The notes under the pieces were generated by a model, which made no database searches, was not told the origin of the DNA, and saw only the letters and a list, made by a program, of their open reading frames with translations. This document shows positions 18,870 to 28,421 of a stretch of DNA of 64,000 nt, in pieces (the first letter of the stretch is position 1; every line of letters begins with the position of its first letter). The position numbers were made by a program, and so were the translations under genes. Source of the stretch: Clostridia bacterium (GTDB lineage: Bacteria > Bacillota > Clostridia > TANB77 > CAG-508); the NCBI GenBank assembly GCA_022797635.1, contig JAAWKZ010000002.1, positions 17,188-81,187 on the forward strand, read 5' to 3'.

Positions 18870-21008
18870 CTAATTTATACCAATGGTTGAAGTTCCCATA
18901 ATATAATTTTTTATCTTCATATAGTCAGTTGCTTTTACTTCTCCGTCATTATTAACATCTGCAGCTTTTTTTTCTGCATCACTTAATTTAGAAGTTCCCA
19001 TAATCATATTTTTAATTCTCATATAATCTGTTGCTTTTACTTCTCCATCTCCATTTGTATCACCTTTTACAACAGCAGTATATGTTTTTCCATCTATTGT
19101 AATTGTGTATCCTGTTCCGATTTTAGCATTATTCGCTATGGTAGTACTTCCTTTTTTTACTACTATATTAGAAGATAATGATTTTAAGTCTTCTACTTTA
19201 ACATTTGGTACACATATGATGTTAGTATTTTTATCATCTACTTCATACTTTTGATTTAATGCTGCTATCCAAGGTTCACCACTACCTTTATCTTGTCTAA
19301 CGCAATATCCTATTACTCCCGAAGAGGTTACGACTTTATCCCAAAGATAACCTTCTGCACTTGACGCATTTTTTTCTGCTCTAAATAGCTGTGTGCCTTT
19401 TGTCACTGTAGCTATAATATTATTTTTTGAAGTTGTTGGCTCTTTTCTAATATTTAATCCATCTGTGCAAACTACTTTTACATAATCGTATTTTGAACTA
19501 TTCTCATCATATGGAGTAATATTGGGATTTTTTGAATTTCCTACTGCAACATATCCATAAGTATTGTCATTTAATCTTAAGCGATACCAGTTTTCCCCAT
19601 CTAAATTAGGATACTTATTTTTTTCTATTACAGTTACTATCTGCCCTGGCGCAATATACGATACAACTGCTGTGCCTGTTTTTCCTGGTCCATTTCTTAC
19701 CTCTGCATTATTTAATACAATATCTTTTTCATTGCAATTACTCTGTAATGATAAATTATTTAGTCTATCTCTAATAGCATATCCTTTTCTTCCATCTGAT
19801 AGAACTACTTTATCCCAATAGTAGTTATTTTCCTTTTTCTTCGCATATTCAATTCTAAGTAATTTAACACCTTTTTTAAGTGTTGTTATTGTTTTTGTAT
19901 TTGTTCCTTTTCCTTCTCTAATATTTACTTCTCCATTGGTTTGTACGTCTTGTGTTACAATGGTTGCTTTTCCTGGCTCTGGACAATTATATGTTGGCAT
20001 ATTTTTATATACTGGAATTTTAAATTTCATCTTAGCATTTCCTGATAGCATTCCCATTTCAGAATAGCCATTCTTTACAGATAATCCCTCATTTTTACTA
20101 GCTACTACATTTGTCATGTACTGATGACCATAATAACCATCTCCACCATCTACTACATCAAATTTTTGAAGGTATAAAGTATCTTGTCCTATACTAATAT
20201 AATTCTTAGCAAGTAGCTGAGCACCTCCCATAATAGATTTCTCTGGATCTGTCCAACCGTAACTTTTAGCACTTTTTAAAGCATTTAATACAATATTGCT
20301 TCCAAATGCTCCCCAGTTAAAATAGTTATAATATCCCTTATAGGAATTGCCTTCTTCATCTTTTCCTGTCCATGTACCACTAATAATATTACTTGTTCCA
20401 CTTGTTCCTTGCTCTTGGCGAATTCTGGAAGCTAGATGATATGGGCTAATATTATATTTCTTTGCTGCCTCCATAATAATGTCGATACCTGTTTTATCTA
20501 AAGTATGCTTCTTTCCTTTTGTATCATAGTAAGTCATTTTATTTTGCATATACTTACAATCAGAAAGTATTTGTTCTACACCTGATCTTGTTTGATTAGT
20601 AGTATCATAAGTTAATTGTTCAAATTGGAAAATATAATTTTCATTTAAAGAATTTCTTGGATCTAAGTAATAAGCAACTGCTTCTGTAGATGCGCAATAC
20701 CAATTTGGTTCATATTCTTTGCTTTTACATGTTGAACATCTCCATAAACTATTTGTTGACTGTATCAAGCTTCTGCCGTGTCTTGCTACTGATTCTGCTT
20801 TTACTACATCTGCCCAGTTTAAACCTGTTTCTAAAATTTCAAATTCCCAATTAGGGTGTGCTTTTTGAAGAGCTTCTATCAATTCCTTATATCCTGGATA
20901 ATTTGCAAATTTGCTACTATAACCTGCATTAGAAGACCTTTCAAAATAAGCTAAAAATGTTGAAATTAATAATATTATCATTAGTAATATACCAATTATT
21001 TTTTTCAT
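18870..21008 (-). CDS. Secreted peptidoglycan hydrolase (glucosaminidase-like) with SH3b repeats and a C-terminal dockerin-like module
   Basis: 712 aa with a signal peptide. YHLASRIRQEQG is a glucosaminidase-like motif. There are three SH3-like W(Y)..V repeats. Duplicated Ca-binding segments DTNGDGEVKATDYMRIKN and DVNNDGEVKATDYMKIKN form a dockerin signature. Confidence 0.6.
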   Translation of the reverse strand: MKKIIGILLMIILLISTFLAYFERSSNAGYSSKFANYPGYKELIEALQKAHPNWEFEILETGLNWADVVKAESVARHGRSLIQSTNSLWRCSTCKSKEYEPNWYCASTEAVAYYLDPRNSLNENYIFQFEQLTYDTTNQTRSGVEQILSDCKYMQNKMTYYDTKGKKHTLDKTGIDIIMEAAKKYNISPYHLASRIRQEQGTSGTSNIISGTWTGKDEEGNSYKGYYNYFNWGAFGSNIVLNALKSAKSYGWTDPEKSIMGGAQLLAKNYISIGQDTLYLQKFDVVDGGDGYYGHQYMTNVVASKNEGLSVKNGYSEMGMLSGNAKMKFKIPVYKNMPTYNCPEPGKATIVTQDVQTNGEVNIREGKGTNTKTITTLKKGVKLLRIEYAKKKENNYYWDKVVLSDGRKGYAIRDRLNNLSLQSNCNEKDIVLNNAEVRNGPGKTGTAVVSYIAPGQIVTVIEKNKYPNLDGENWYRLRLNDNTYGYVAVGNSKNPNITPYDENSSKYDYVKVVCTDGLNIRKEPTTSKNNIIATVTKGTQLFRAEKNASSAEGYLWDKVVTSSGVIGYCVRQDKGSGEPWIAALNQKYEVDDKNTNIICVPNVKVEDLKSLSSNIVVKKGSTTIANNAKIGTGYTITIDGKTYTAVVKGDTNGDGEVKATDYMRIKNMIMGTSKLSDAEKKAADVNNDGEVKATDYMKIKNYIMGTSTIGIN

Positions 21009-21104
21009 TTTAAGTGTATTATTTCCTCCTCGTTTGTGACATTTTTTTACAAAAATAGTATAACACTCTTACATTTTTCCGTCAATTAAAATTGAAAAAA
21101 GAAG

Positions 21105-21135
21105 GAAAAAAATGTGAACTTTTCTAAAAAGTTCA
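21105..21135 (-). terminator. Terminator of the Cys-rich microprotein gene
   Basis: atgtgaactttt ct aaaaagttcacat forms a 12-bp stem followed by a T run on the minus strand. Confidence 0.6.
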
Positions 21136-21182
21136 CATAGAATTCACTTATGTTTAATTTATGGCTTTTAGTTTGCCTAAAA

Positions 21183-21377
21183 TTATCTACTACAGCAACC
21201 ACAATTTGTAAATAACAATAAGAAAATAATGATAAAGAATAATATAGTGCTATCACCACATCCACATCCGCAGCCACCAAATAAGTTGCTTAAAAATCCT
21301 CCATTATTACATCCACATCCGTTATTGCATCCACAATTATTGTTGCAAGCACATCCACAATCTCTGTCTTCTGGCAT
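21183..21377 (-). CDS. Small Cys/Gly/Asn-rich protein with a C-terminal TM helix (possibly a YjcZ/TIGR01732-like sporulation microprotein)
   Basis: 64 aa: MPEDRDCGCACNNNCGCNNGCGCNNGGFLSNLFGGCGCGCGDSTILFFIIIFLLLFTNCGCCSR. A strong AGGAGG RBS lies 8 nt upstream, and the gene has its own terminator. Confidence 0.55.
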   Translation of the reverse strand: MPEDRDCGCACNNNCGCNNGCGCNNGGFLSNLFGGCGCGCGDSTILFFIIIFLLLFTNCGCCSR

Positions 21378-21486
21378 TTCTTTTTCCTCCTTCTATCGAA
21401 ATCTTATATAATATAGTATGCAAAAAACAAATTTTGTGTTACACTTATCTTATCTGTTAAAAAATATAATTATTGAGGAGGTTCTT

Positions 21487-23947
21487 ATGCCTGATGTTGA
21501 ACTTTTATCCCCTGCTGGAGATTTTGAATGTTTAAAGGCTGCTGTACAAAATGGTGCTGACAGCATTTATTTTGGTGTAGATAAGTTCAATGCTAGATTT
21601 TATGCAACTAATTTAGGTTTGGATACTTTAAAAGAAGCTATATTTTATTGCAAGCTTCGAAATGTACAAACACATTTGACTTTAAATACTTTGGTAAAAG
21701 ACACTGAATTTGAAGATGCAGTACTTTTAGCTAAAGAAGCTTATGAAGCTGGAATTGATGCTATTATTATTCAGGATTTAGGTCTAGCTAAATATCTTAT
21801 TAGTCATTTCCCTGACTTACCAATTCATGCAAGCACTCAAATGACTGCACATAATTTAGAAGGTGTCTTAGAATTAGAAAAACTAGGATTTAAAAGAGTA
21901 GTCCTTGCCAGGGAACTTTCTATTAGTGAAATTGAATATATTTGTAACAATAGTAAAGTAGAAATTGAAACTTTTATTCATGGCGCTTTATGTATTTGTT
22001 ATTCTGGTCAATGCCTATTTTCTAGTGTAGTAGGTGGTCGTTCTCGGTAATCGTGGAAAATGTGCTGGTCCTTGTAGGCTCCCTTATGAATTATTAGCTG
22101 AGAGTAATGAAAACTCTACCAATAAAAAAACGTTAACTTTAGATAAGGGCTATTTACTTAGTCCTAAAGATTTATGCGGTTTAGCACATATTCCTCGTTT
22201 AATTCAAGCTGGCGTAAAATGTTTTAAAATAGAAGGTCGCATGAAAAATCCTGAATATGTTGCAACTGTTACTCGTATTTATCGTAAATATATTGACCTA
22301 GCTTTAAGTGAACAACAATATGTGATTGACGAACAAGATATTACAGATTTGATGCAAGTATTTAATCGTGGTGGATTTTCTAGTGGTCATCTAGATAATA
22401 ACTCCAATAGGTCACTTATTTTTCCTGAAAAGCCAAATCATATGGGAATTTATTTAGGTACTGTTCAAAAATATAATAGTAATAAAGGACATATTACACT
22501 TTCTTTAGAAGCTCCTTTGTCAATTGGCGATTCTGTTAGTCTTGAAAGAGAAACTGGAAGCTATTTAGTTTCTGAATTAATGGAAAAAAATACAAACCTG
22601 AAAACTGCTGATGTTGGAAATTATGTAACAATTGGTAGAATGAAAGGAAAAATCTCCATTGGTGATAAACTATATAAAGTATCTAGTAAAAGGCTAATGG
22701 AAGAAGCTCGTTTTTCTTACGAAAACTGTGAAAATAAAAAGATTCCACTAAATTGTAATGTAACTATCAAAAAGGATATTCCTATTCAAATGGAACTATT
22801 TACTATTAATGAAACACACCCATCTAATATTTATCATCAGATTAAGGTAAAAGTAACTTCTGATATTATTCCTACTGAGGCCTTAAAAACCCCAATTAGC
22901 ATGGAAAGAATTATTAAACAAGTTTCCAAAACTAATAACACACCTTATACTTTTGAAAATATTACAGTTTACTTAGATGATGGACTCTATGTGCCAAGTA
23001 TTAGTAGTTTAAATGAATTAAGAAGAAATGCTATTGAATCTTTGGAAAAAGAAGTAGAAAAACGAATTTTGCGTAAATCTCCTGAATTTGATTTCAAAAA
23101 TGAGGAAGCAATTACCTATATTCCTAATTTAGAACACCCAAAAATCTCATTATTTTTAAGGGATTTACATGTAGATTACGATTATACTCAATTAGAGAAA
23201 GATAAAATTGATAAAGTCTATTTATCCTTGAAATTGTTTGTTGATAAGCAATATACTGATATTATTGAATACCTATCAGAGCAATATAACCTATACATCT
23301 ATTTGCCAACTATCATTAAGGGAAATTACAAAAACATTATTTTGAATTCTTTTGATGATATTACCACAAGATTTTCTATCAAAGGATTTGTTCTTTCCAA
23401 TATTGCTGACTTTGAATTTTTGAAAAAATATCAAGATAAATATGAATTCATTGGCAACTATTCTTTAAATGTGTTTAATCATCATACTATGAAAGAATAT
23501 AAAAAACTTGGAATTGACCGTGTTACTTTATCTCGAGAACTAAACGAAGAAGGTCTAAAAGATATCTTACAAACTTCTGATATCGATACAGAACTAATTG
23601 TATATGGAAATCTTCCTATTATGGTATCTAATTACTGCTTCTTAGGAAAAACGAATCATTGTTATCCTGACTGTGGACAAAACTGTACCAAAATTTCTAA
23701 GTACTATTTGAAAGATAGGTTAGGATTTGAATTTAGAATTATACCAGATAGTTTCCAAACTGTTACTTTGATTTGTAATAGTAAAACCCTTTCTATTAGT
23801 ACAAAAAACTTACCAATCACTTCTGTTAGGTTAGACATGATGGATGAAACAATTGAACAAATAAACGAAGCTATTAGCAAGGCTTATATTCGCGAAAAGT
23901 TAGAAGGTATGCAATATACTAATGGAAATTTGCATAGAGAAGTCTAA
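21487..23947 (+). CDS. Peptidase U32 family protein; needs one +1 event at CGGT
   Basis: A GAGGAGG RBS precedes ATG 21487 (MPDVELLSPAGDFECLKAAVQNGADSIYFG). The junction reads ...CYSGQCLFSSVVGGRS|GNRGKCAGPCRLPYEL..., restoring the conserved U32 GNRG.C...CR motif. Confidence 0.85.
22045..22048 (+). other. In-frame CGGT at a +1 junction (Gly of SGNRG)
   Basis: 22045-21487=558 (in frame) and 22046-22034=12 (in frame with the downstream ORF). The 0 frame hits TAA immediately after CGG. Confidence 0.85.
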
Positions 23948-23952
23948 GTAAA

Positions 23953-23982
23953 AAATGAGACGGATTTCCGTCTCATTTTTTA
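23953..23982. terminator. Bidirectional terminator between the convergent U32 and RNHCP genes
   Basis: atgagacgga tt tccgtctcat followed by tttttt. Confidence 0.7.
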
Positions 23983-24288
23983 TTGTCTTGTAGTCAACTG
24001 AATAATCAAATCCATATTATCATCATTTGCTGCCTTATTCTTGCGAATAGCTCCACATTTTTTACAACGATAAATAATCACATATCCCTTCTTACTATCT
24101 AGTTCTACTCTAATTGGTTCTAATAATCCATGACAATCTTCTTCTCTGTCTCCTGGATTGACATCAACATGCTTAGAGCATAAACAATAACTGCAGTGGT
24201 CACGACAAGTGTAGCCTAATGGCTCTATTGGTTTTTCGCAATTTTCACAAATAAATGCTTCATCAATTTCTGTAAATCTTCTTCCCAT
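23980..24288 (-). CDS. RNHCP domain-containing zinc-ribbon protein
   Basis: 102 aa with CENC...CRDHCSYCLCSKH...CKKC Cys clusters, typical of the RNHCP family. Confidence 0.65.
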   Translation of the reverse strand: MGRRFTEIDEAFICENCEKPIEPLGYTCRDHCSYCLCSKHVDVNPGDREEDCHGLLEPIRVELDSKKGYVIIYRCKKCGAIRKNKAANDDNMDLIIQLTTRQ

Positions 24289-24301
24289 TTTTTCTCCTAT
24301 C

Positions 24302-24430
24302 TGTCAGGTTGGGGACGTTCCTTTTTCTGACATCTTTGTCAGGTTAGGGACATACCTTTCATTATTTTCTAACAAGGTGTGTCCCCTATATGACACTCTT
24401 GTCAGAAAAAGGAACGTCCCCAACCTGACA
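24302..24430. repeat. Copy 2 (complete, nested palindrome) of the TGTCAG...CTGACA repeat family
   Basis: The outer 31-nt arms, tgtcaggttggggacgttcctttttctgaca (24302-24332) and tgtcagaaaaaggaacgtccccaacctgaca (24400-24430), are perfect reverse complements. The inner imperfect arms are tgtcaggttagggacatacc and ggtgtgtcccctatatgaca. Confidence 0.85.
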
Positions 24431-26053
24431 CTAATACTCAAAAACACTGCCACCAATAAATTCTCTTAGTAAAGAATTTTCTGGTACATATTTATCTTCG
24501 ATATCTTCAAAATACTTTAAAAACTCATATAAACGTTTTGACTCTGCGAATTCAGGATTTGTATTATCAATCTCTTCTAATAATGGCATTAGGTATTTCT
24601 TTAATACGCAAATTTCATAAATTAAAGAAGTGTTAAACATACTATCTGCTTCTTCTTGGAATGGGAAAATATGCTTTGTTTCTCCACGGTTTACAGAATC
24701 CCAAATTTGTAAGGTATGTAATGCACTATATCCTCTAAAATTATTATCCCTTACCATTCTTCTAATTAATCTACTATCTGTTGTTGAAATTCTGTTATAG
24801 TAGTCAATATTTAGAACAGTTAGTGCACTGATATATACTTTATATTTCTTTTCTTTCGGAATAGAGGCTGTTAATTTATCATTTAAGCAATGAATTCCTT
24901 CTATAACAAGGACTTCATCATCTGCTAATTTCATAGTTTCCCCATTATATTTTTTTGTTCCTACTTTAAAGTCAAAAGTTGGACACAAAATTTCTCCACC
25001 ATTTAATAGAGTATTTAAGTGATCATTAAATAGTTTTAAATCAATTGCTTCTAAGCATTCGAAATCATATTTTCCGTCCGCATCTAATGGTGTATCTTTT
25101 CTTTCTACAAAATAGTTATCTACTGAAATAGTAACTGGTTTTAGTCCATTTAGTCTTAACTGAATTCCTAATCTTTTCGCAAAGGTAGTTTTTCCTGAAG
25201 AGGATGGGCCTGCTATTAATACTACCTTTACGCCTTTTCTATTAACAATATTATCTGCAATATCAGATATTTTCTTTTCGTGTAATGCTTCAGCTAGTAA
25301 AACTAGTTCAGCAGAATTTCCTTGTGTAATTTGCTTATTTAATTTGTATACTGTATTAATGTCTAATACTTTGTGGATATCTTTGTATTCTTCTAATGTA
25401 GTAAATAGTTTTTTACTAGTGGAGCTTTGTTCTAGAGCATTTGGATTGTTTTTGCTTGGATAACGTAATAAAAATCCTCCATAATATGGTACTATTTCAA
25501 AATAGCGAACATATCCAGTGCTAATTGGCATAACTCCATAAAAGTAATTATAGTACTCTTCACAAAAATACAAAGAAACTTCTTCTTTTAATTTGTTGTC
25601 TAACTGTAATTTTCCTCTAATTGTCCTTTCTTTGTTATAAAATTCTTCTGCTTTTTCTTTTGTCATTTCAATTTTGCGAATTGGTATATCTTTCTCAATA
25701 ATTTCTTGCATTTTATTACTAACTTTTTGTAGCATTTCTTCTGTTACTTCCATATTGTCAACTTCACAGTACATAGCATTGGTTAATTGATAATTGACTG
25801 TAAGTAACGCTTCAGGATAACACTCACTAAAAGCCTTGCTCATCACATATAGAATACCTCTAATATAAATTCTTCTTCCATCTCTTGTTGTTACATCTAC
25901 TAATTCTATTTTATCATGCTCTTTTGAAATATAATTCAAACTTTTTATTTCATAATTGCTGCTACAAGCAATAATTGTACCCTTCTCTTTGATTTCCTTT
26001 TCATATAATTCTGCAACTGTTTTGTTATTCATATTTGTTTCATCCTTTCTCAC
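24431..26053 (-). CDS. Nucleoside/uridine kinase family protein with an N-terminal TGS-like extension
   Basis: 540 aa. P-loop GPSSSGKTTFAKRL in the C-terminal PRK/uridine-kinase-like domain. Confidence 0.65.
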   Translation of the reverse strand: MRKDETNMNNKTVAELYEKEIKEKGTIIACSSNYEIKSLNYISKEHDKIELVDVTTRDGRRIYIRGILYVMSKAFSECYPEALLTVNYQLTNAMYCEVDNMEVTEEMLQKVSNKMQEIIEKDIPIRKIEMTKEKAEEFYNKERTIRGKLQLDNKLKEEVSLYFCEEYYNYFYGVMPISTGYVRYFEIVPYYGGFLLRYPSKNNPNALEQSSTSKKLFTTLEEYKDIHKVLDINTVYKLNKQITQGNSAELVLLAEALHEKKISDIADNIVNRKGVKVVLIAGPSSSGKTTFAKRLGIQLRLNGLKPVTISVDNYFVERKDTPLDADGKYDFECLEAIDLKLFNDHLNTLLNGGEILCPTFDFKVGTKKYNGETMKLADDEVLVIEGIHCLNDKLTASIPKEKKYKVYISALTVLNIDYYNRISTTDSRLIRRMVRDNNFRGYSALHTLQIWDSVNRGETKHIFPFQEEADSMFNTSLIYEICVLKKYLMPLLEEIDNTNPEFAESKRLYEFLKYFEDIEDKYVPENSLLREFIGGSVFEY

Positions 26054-26158
26054 GCATCTTATTGTTTCTTTTTGTATATTATGATTATATGTTTCTAGTA
26101 TAACACAAAGAGAAGATAATTTTCAACCAATTATCTTCTCAAAATTCTTCCTATTCAT

Positions 26159-27355
26159 TTAATCTTTTTCTCTTAACATATCTGTCTTAGCAGTTCCATC
26201 TTTGCTATAACGAATGCTAATTGCACCACCTATTGTGTCTAATTCTTTTATCTTCTTTAGTTCACTTTCTTTGTTTGTTGTCACTTGTACTTCGATCCAG
26301 TTTTTATCTTCTATAATAGAAGATGATATCACGAAAGGCAATTCTTTCTTTGTCATTTTCTCACTAATTTTGTTTTGCAATTGTGTTAAATATTCATAAG
26401 AATATTTGGCAACTTCAAATTTCGTTTTGCTTTCTGTAATACTAAGCTTGCTGCATATCTCTTTTCTGTTTTCCTTTGTATCTACTTTTAATAGCACTAC
26501 ATTATCACCTTGTTTGTCTACATATGTTCCTGCATAGTATTCTGGATAAGTTTTATCTGAGAAGTTTGTTTGCTCTTTTACATTGACATCTTCCTCTTTT
26601 GCTGTTATTTGCTCATAACTCTTGCTATTGCTAATCAAAGAAGTTAAAAATTCTATCAACTCATCTTGTGTAATTCCCCTTGTTTCAATATCATAATTAA
26701 CAGCTTTATCACTAAATATCACTAAATAACTATCTTCATATTGTGTAATTTTAAGTTCTACATCCCCTATTTTTGATACCTTCTTTACATCAGCAAAGTA
26801 GTAATCTCTCATTGGCTTTCTTTCCCTAAATCCTATTCCTAAAGTAATAATTCTTGTTTCGGCTTTGTTCTTATAACGAAACTCATAATTTTGTAGTACA
26901 TCATATTTTTTAGGATTTTCTCCTTTGACATAAATACCAACTACAGAACAATTTTCTTCAAAATCTTTTGGAAGCTTTGCTTCTATAGCAAAACTTAAAT
27001 CTACCATACTTTCTTTTGCATCTATTTTTCTCATTTGAGCATCTATTACATATTCTACTAATGCTTTTTCATCTAATTTATTGATATTAATTTCTGTTTT
27101 CAAGGTTTCCTTTTCTTTACTTAAATCATCTTTTTCCATTTTTGCTTGTAATAGTGTTTCATTATTTTGGCCAAATGGCAGTTGAATTGTTATAATTCCT
27201 ATACCTAGTATCAACATAGCACAACTTCCTAGTACTCCATATATTATTTTTTTATTCTTTCTATTTTTCATATGCATTTCCTCCTTCCACTTTGATATAG
27301 CTATATCTTCTCGCACATTCTTTTGCATGTTTTGTTTTAATTTATCCATTTCCAT
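26159..27355 (-). CDS. Putative anti-sigma factor / membrane protein with an extracytoplasmic domain
   Basis: 398 aa with a single TM (IIYGVLGSCAMLILGIGIITI) after a short cytoplasmic N-terminus. It overlaps the 3' end of the ECF sigma gene. Confidence 0.5.
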   Translation of the reverse strand: MEMDKLKQNMQKNVREDIAISKWKEEMHMKNRKNKKIIYGVLGSCAMLILGIGIITIQLPFGQNNETLLQAKMEKDDLSKEKETLKTEININKLDEKALVEYVIDAQMRKIDAKESMVDLSFAIEAKLPKDFEENCSVVGIYVKGENPKKYDVLQNYEFRYKNKAETRIITLGIGFRERKPMRDYYFADVKKVSKIGDVELKITQYEDSYLVIFSDKAVNYDIETRGITQDELIEFLTSLISNSKSYEQITAKEEDVNVKEQTNFSDKTYPEYYAGTYVDKQGDNVVLLKVDTKENRKEICSKLSITESKTKFEVAKYSYEYLTQLQNKISEKMTKKELPFVISSSIIEDKNWIEVQVTTNKESELKKIKELDTIGGAISIRYSKDGTAKTDMLREKD

Positions 27356-27938
27356 AACTATATCCTCCTTTCTTTAATTGTTCTTTCAACTCTTTTCTTA
27401 ATCTATGAAGAATTACTTTTACTTTACTCTCTGAAATATCTAACTTTTTGGCAATTTCTTTAATCTTTTTATTTTCATAGTAAAACGCCATAAAAATTTG
27501 ATATTCTTCTGGCTTTAAATTGCTCAAAGATTTTTTTATCATTTCATTTTGCTCTCTTTCTTCTGAAATTACTTCTAATGTATGGGGGGCAATTAATTGT
27601 TCTTCATAGTCTGATAGGGAAAAGTCCATTTTTGTCTTTCGATATTTATTTTTCAAAACATTCTTTGCAATTCCTGTTAAATATGGTTTTATTTTTGTTT
27701 CCTCCGTCAAATTGGCATAGTTCTTCCATAATGCTAAAAATACATCAGAAATAATCTCTTCCATATCTTCTTCTAATATTCCAATCGATTTTATATTTTT
27801 GATAACCATATAAATATATCCATAGTAATCTTCTACTACTTTATCTACATCTAGCCTATTGTTCTTGCTATACTCCTTTAGTATCATTTCTCTTTTTTCC
27901 ACTTTAGATTTAAATCTCCTTTTCAAGATATCTTTCAT
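27342..27938 (-). CDS. ECF-type sigma-70 family RNA polymerase sigma factor
   Basis: Region 2 (SDVFLALWKNY) and region 4 HTH (IKEIAKKLDISESKVKVILHRLRKEL). Confidence 0.8.
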   Translation of the reverse strand: MKDILKRRFKSKVEKREMILKEYSKNNRLDVDKVVEDYYGYIYMVIKNIKSIGILEEDMEEIISDVFLALWKNYANLTEETKIKPYLTGIAKNVLKNKYRKTKMDFSLSDYEEQLIAPHTLEVISEEREQNEMIKKSLSNLKPEEYQIFMAFYYENKKIKEIAKKLDISESKVKVILHRLRKELKEQLKKGGYSYGNG

Positions 27939-27991
27939 ATATATAGTAACACATTTTAAAAAAAGGTTACAATTGTATATCTACTATGCAC

Positions 27992-28023
27992 GAAAAAACA
28001 GGTGAGTTATTTCACTCGCCTGT
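27992..28023 (-). terminator. Terminator of the ylbF-like gene
   Basis: acaggtgagt ... actcgcctgt stem followed by a T run on the minus strand. Confidence 0.55.
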
Positions 28024-28038
28024 CTTCATTTACACTTT

Positions 28039-28371
28039 CTACAATACATCTTTAATTGCTTCTGCAATAATTTTATTAATATCTGCTATCATTACATTAA
28101 ATTTCACTTCTAAATCAAAGTATTCTTTAATGTCTTTATTTTCAATTAAAGTAGCATACATTTCTTCTAATTTTTTTGTTTTTTCTTCATTTTTTTCCTC
28201 TCCTGTATATGCCATCAATTGAATTTCATATCTTAATTTTTCAAATTCTTCTACTTTTTGCTTTTTCTCAGGATTATTATGTATTTCATCTTTCAACTTT
28301 TTATATGCTTTGTATTCCTCAGATTCTCTTATCTCTTGTGCTAAGCGATTTGCTGTATCATATACTTTCAT
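28039..28371 (-). CDS. YlbF/YmcA family (UPF0342) regulator
   Basis: MKVYDTANRLAQEIRESEEYKAYKKLKDEI... AGGAGG lies 8 nt upstream of this ATG, and the track ORF start at 28398 lacks an RBS. Confidence 0.7.
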   Translation of the reverse strand: MKVYDTANRLAQEIRESEEYKAYKKLKDEIHNNPEKKQKVEEFEKLRYEIQLMAYTGEEKNEEKTKKLEEMYATLIENKDIKEYFDLEVKFNVMIADINKIIAEAIKDVL

Positions 28372-28421
28372 GACATTTCCTCCTTTTTTGTCCGACAAAC
28401 TAACATCCCCAATCGGACACT

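Noticed and set aside
16405-18873. Long antisense ORFs 16405..17028 (+), 17935..18231 (+), 18290..18493 (-) and 18385..18873 (+)
   Set aside because: They overlap dapF and the surface-protein gene, both of which have clear motifs. The translations are Ser/Leu/Phe-rich nonsense without start signals.
21229-21411. Plus-strand ORF encoding a His/Pro-rich peptide (PHPHPQPP...) opposite the Cys-rich microprotein
   Set aside because: There is no RBS or terminator in that orientation. The minus-strand ORF has a consensus RBS and a terminator.
24302-24430. The palindromic repeats as a CRISPR array
   Set aside because: There is no regular repeat-spacer periodicity. The units are inverted rather than direct, only 1-4 arms occur per locus, and no cas genes are in the window.
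28388-28418. Hairpin gtccga...tcggac between the GT4 gene and the ylbF-like gene as a terminator
   Set aside because: The stem is only 6 bp with a 19-nt loop. On the transcribed (minus) strand it is followed by an A run and the RBS of the next gene rather than by a U run. It is probably not a terminator.
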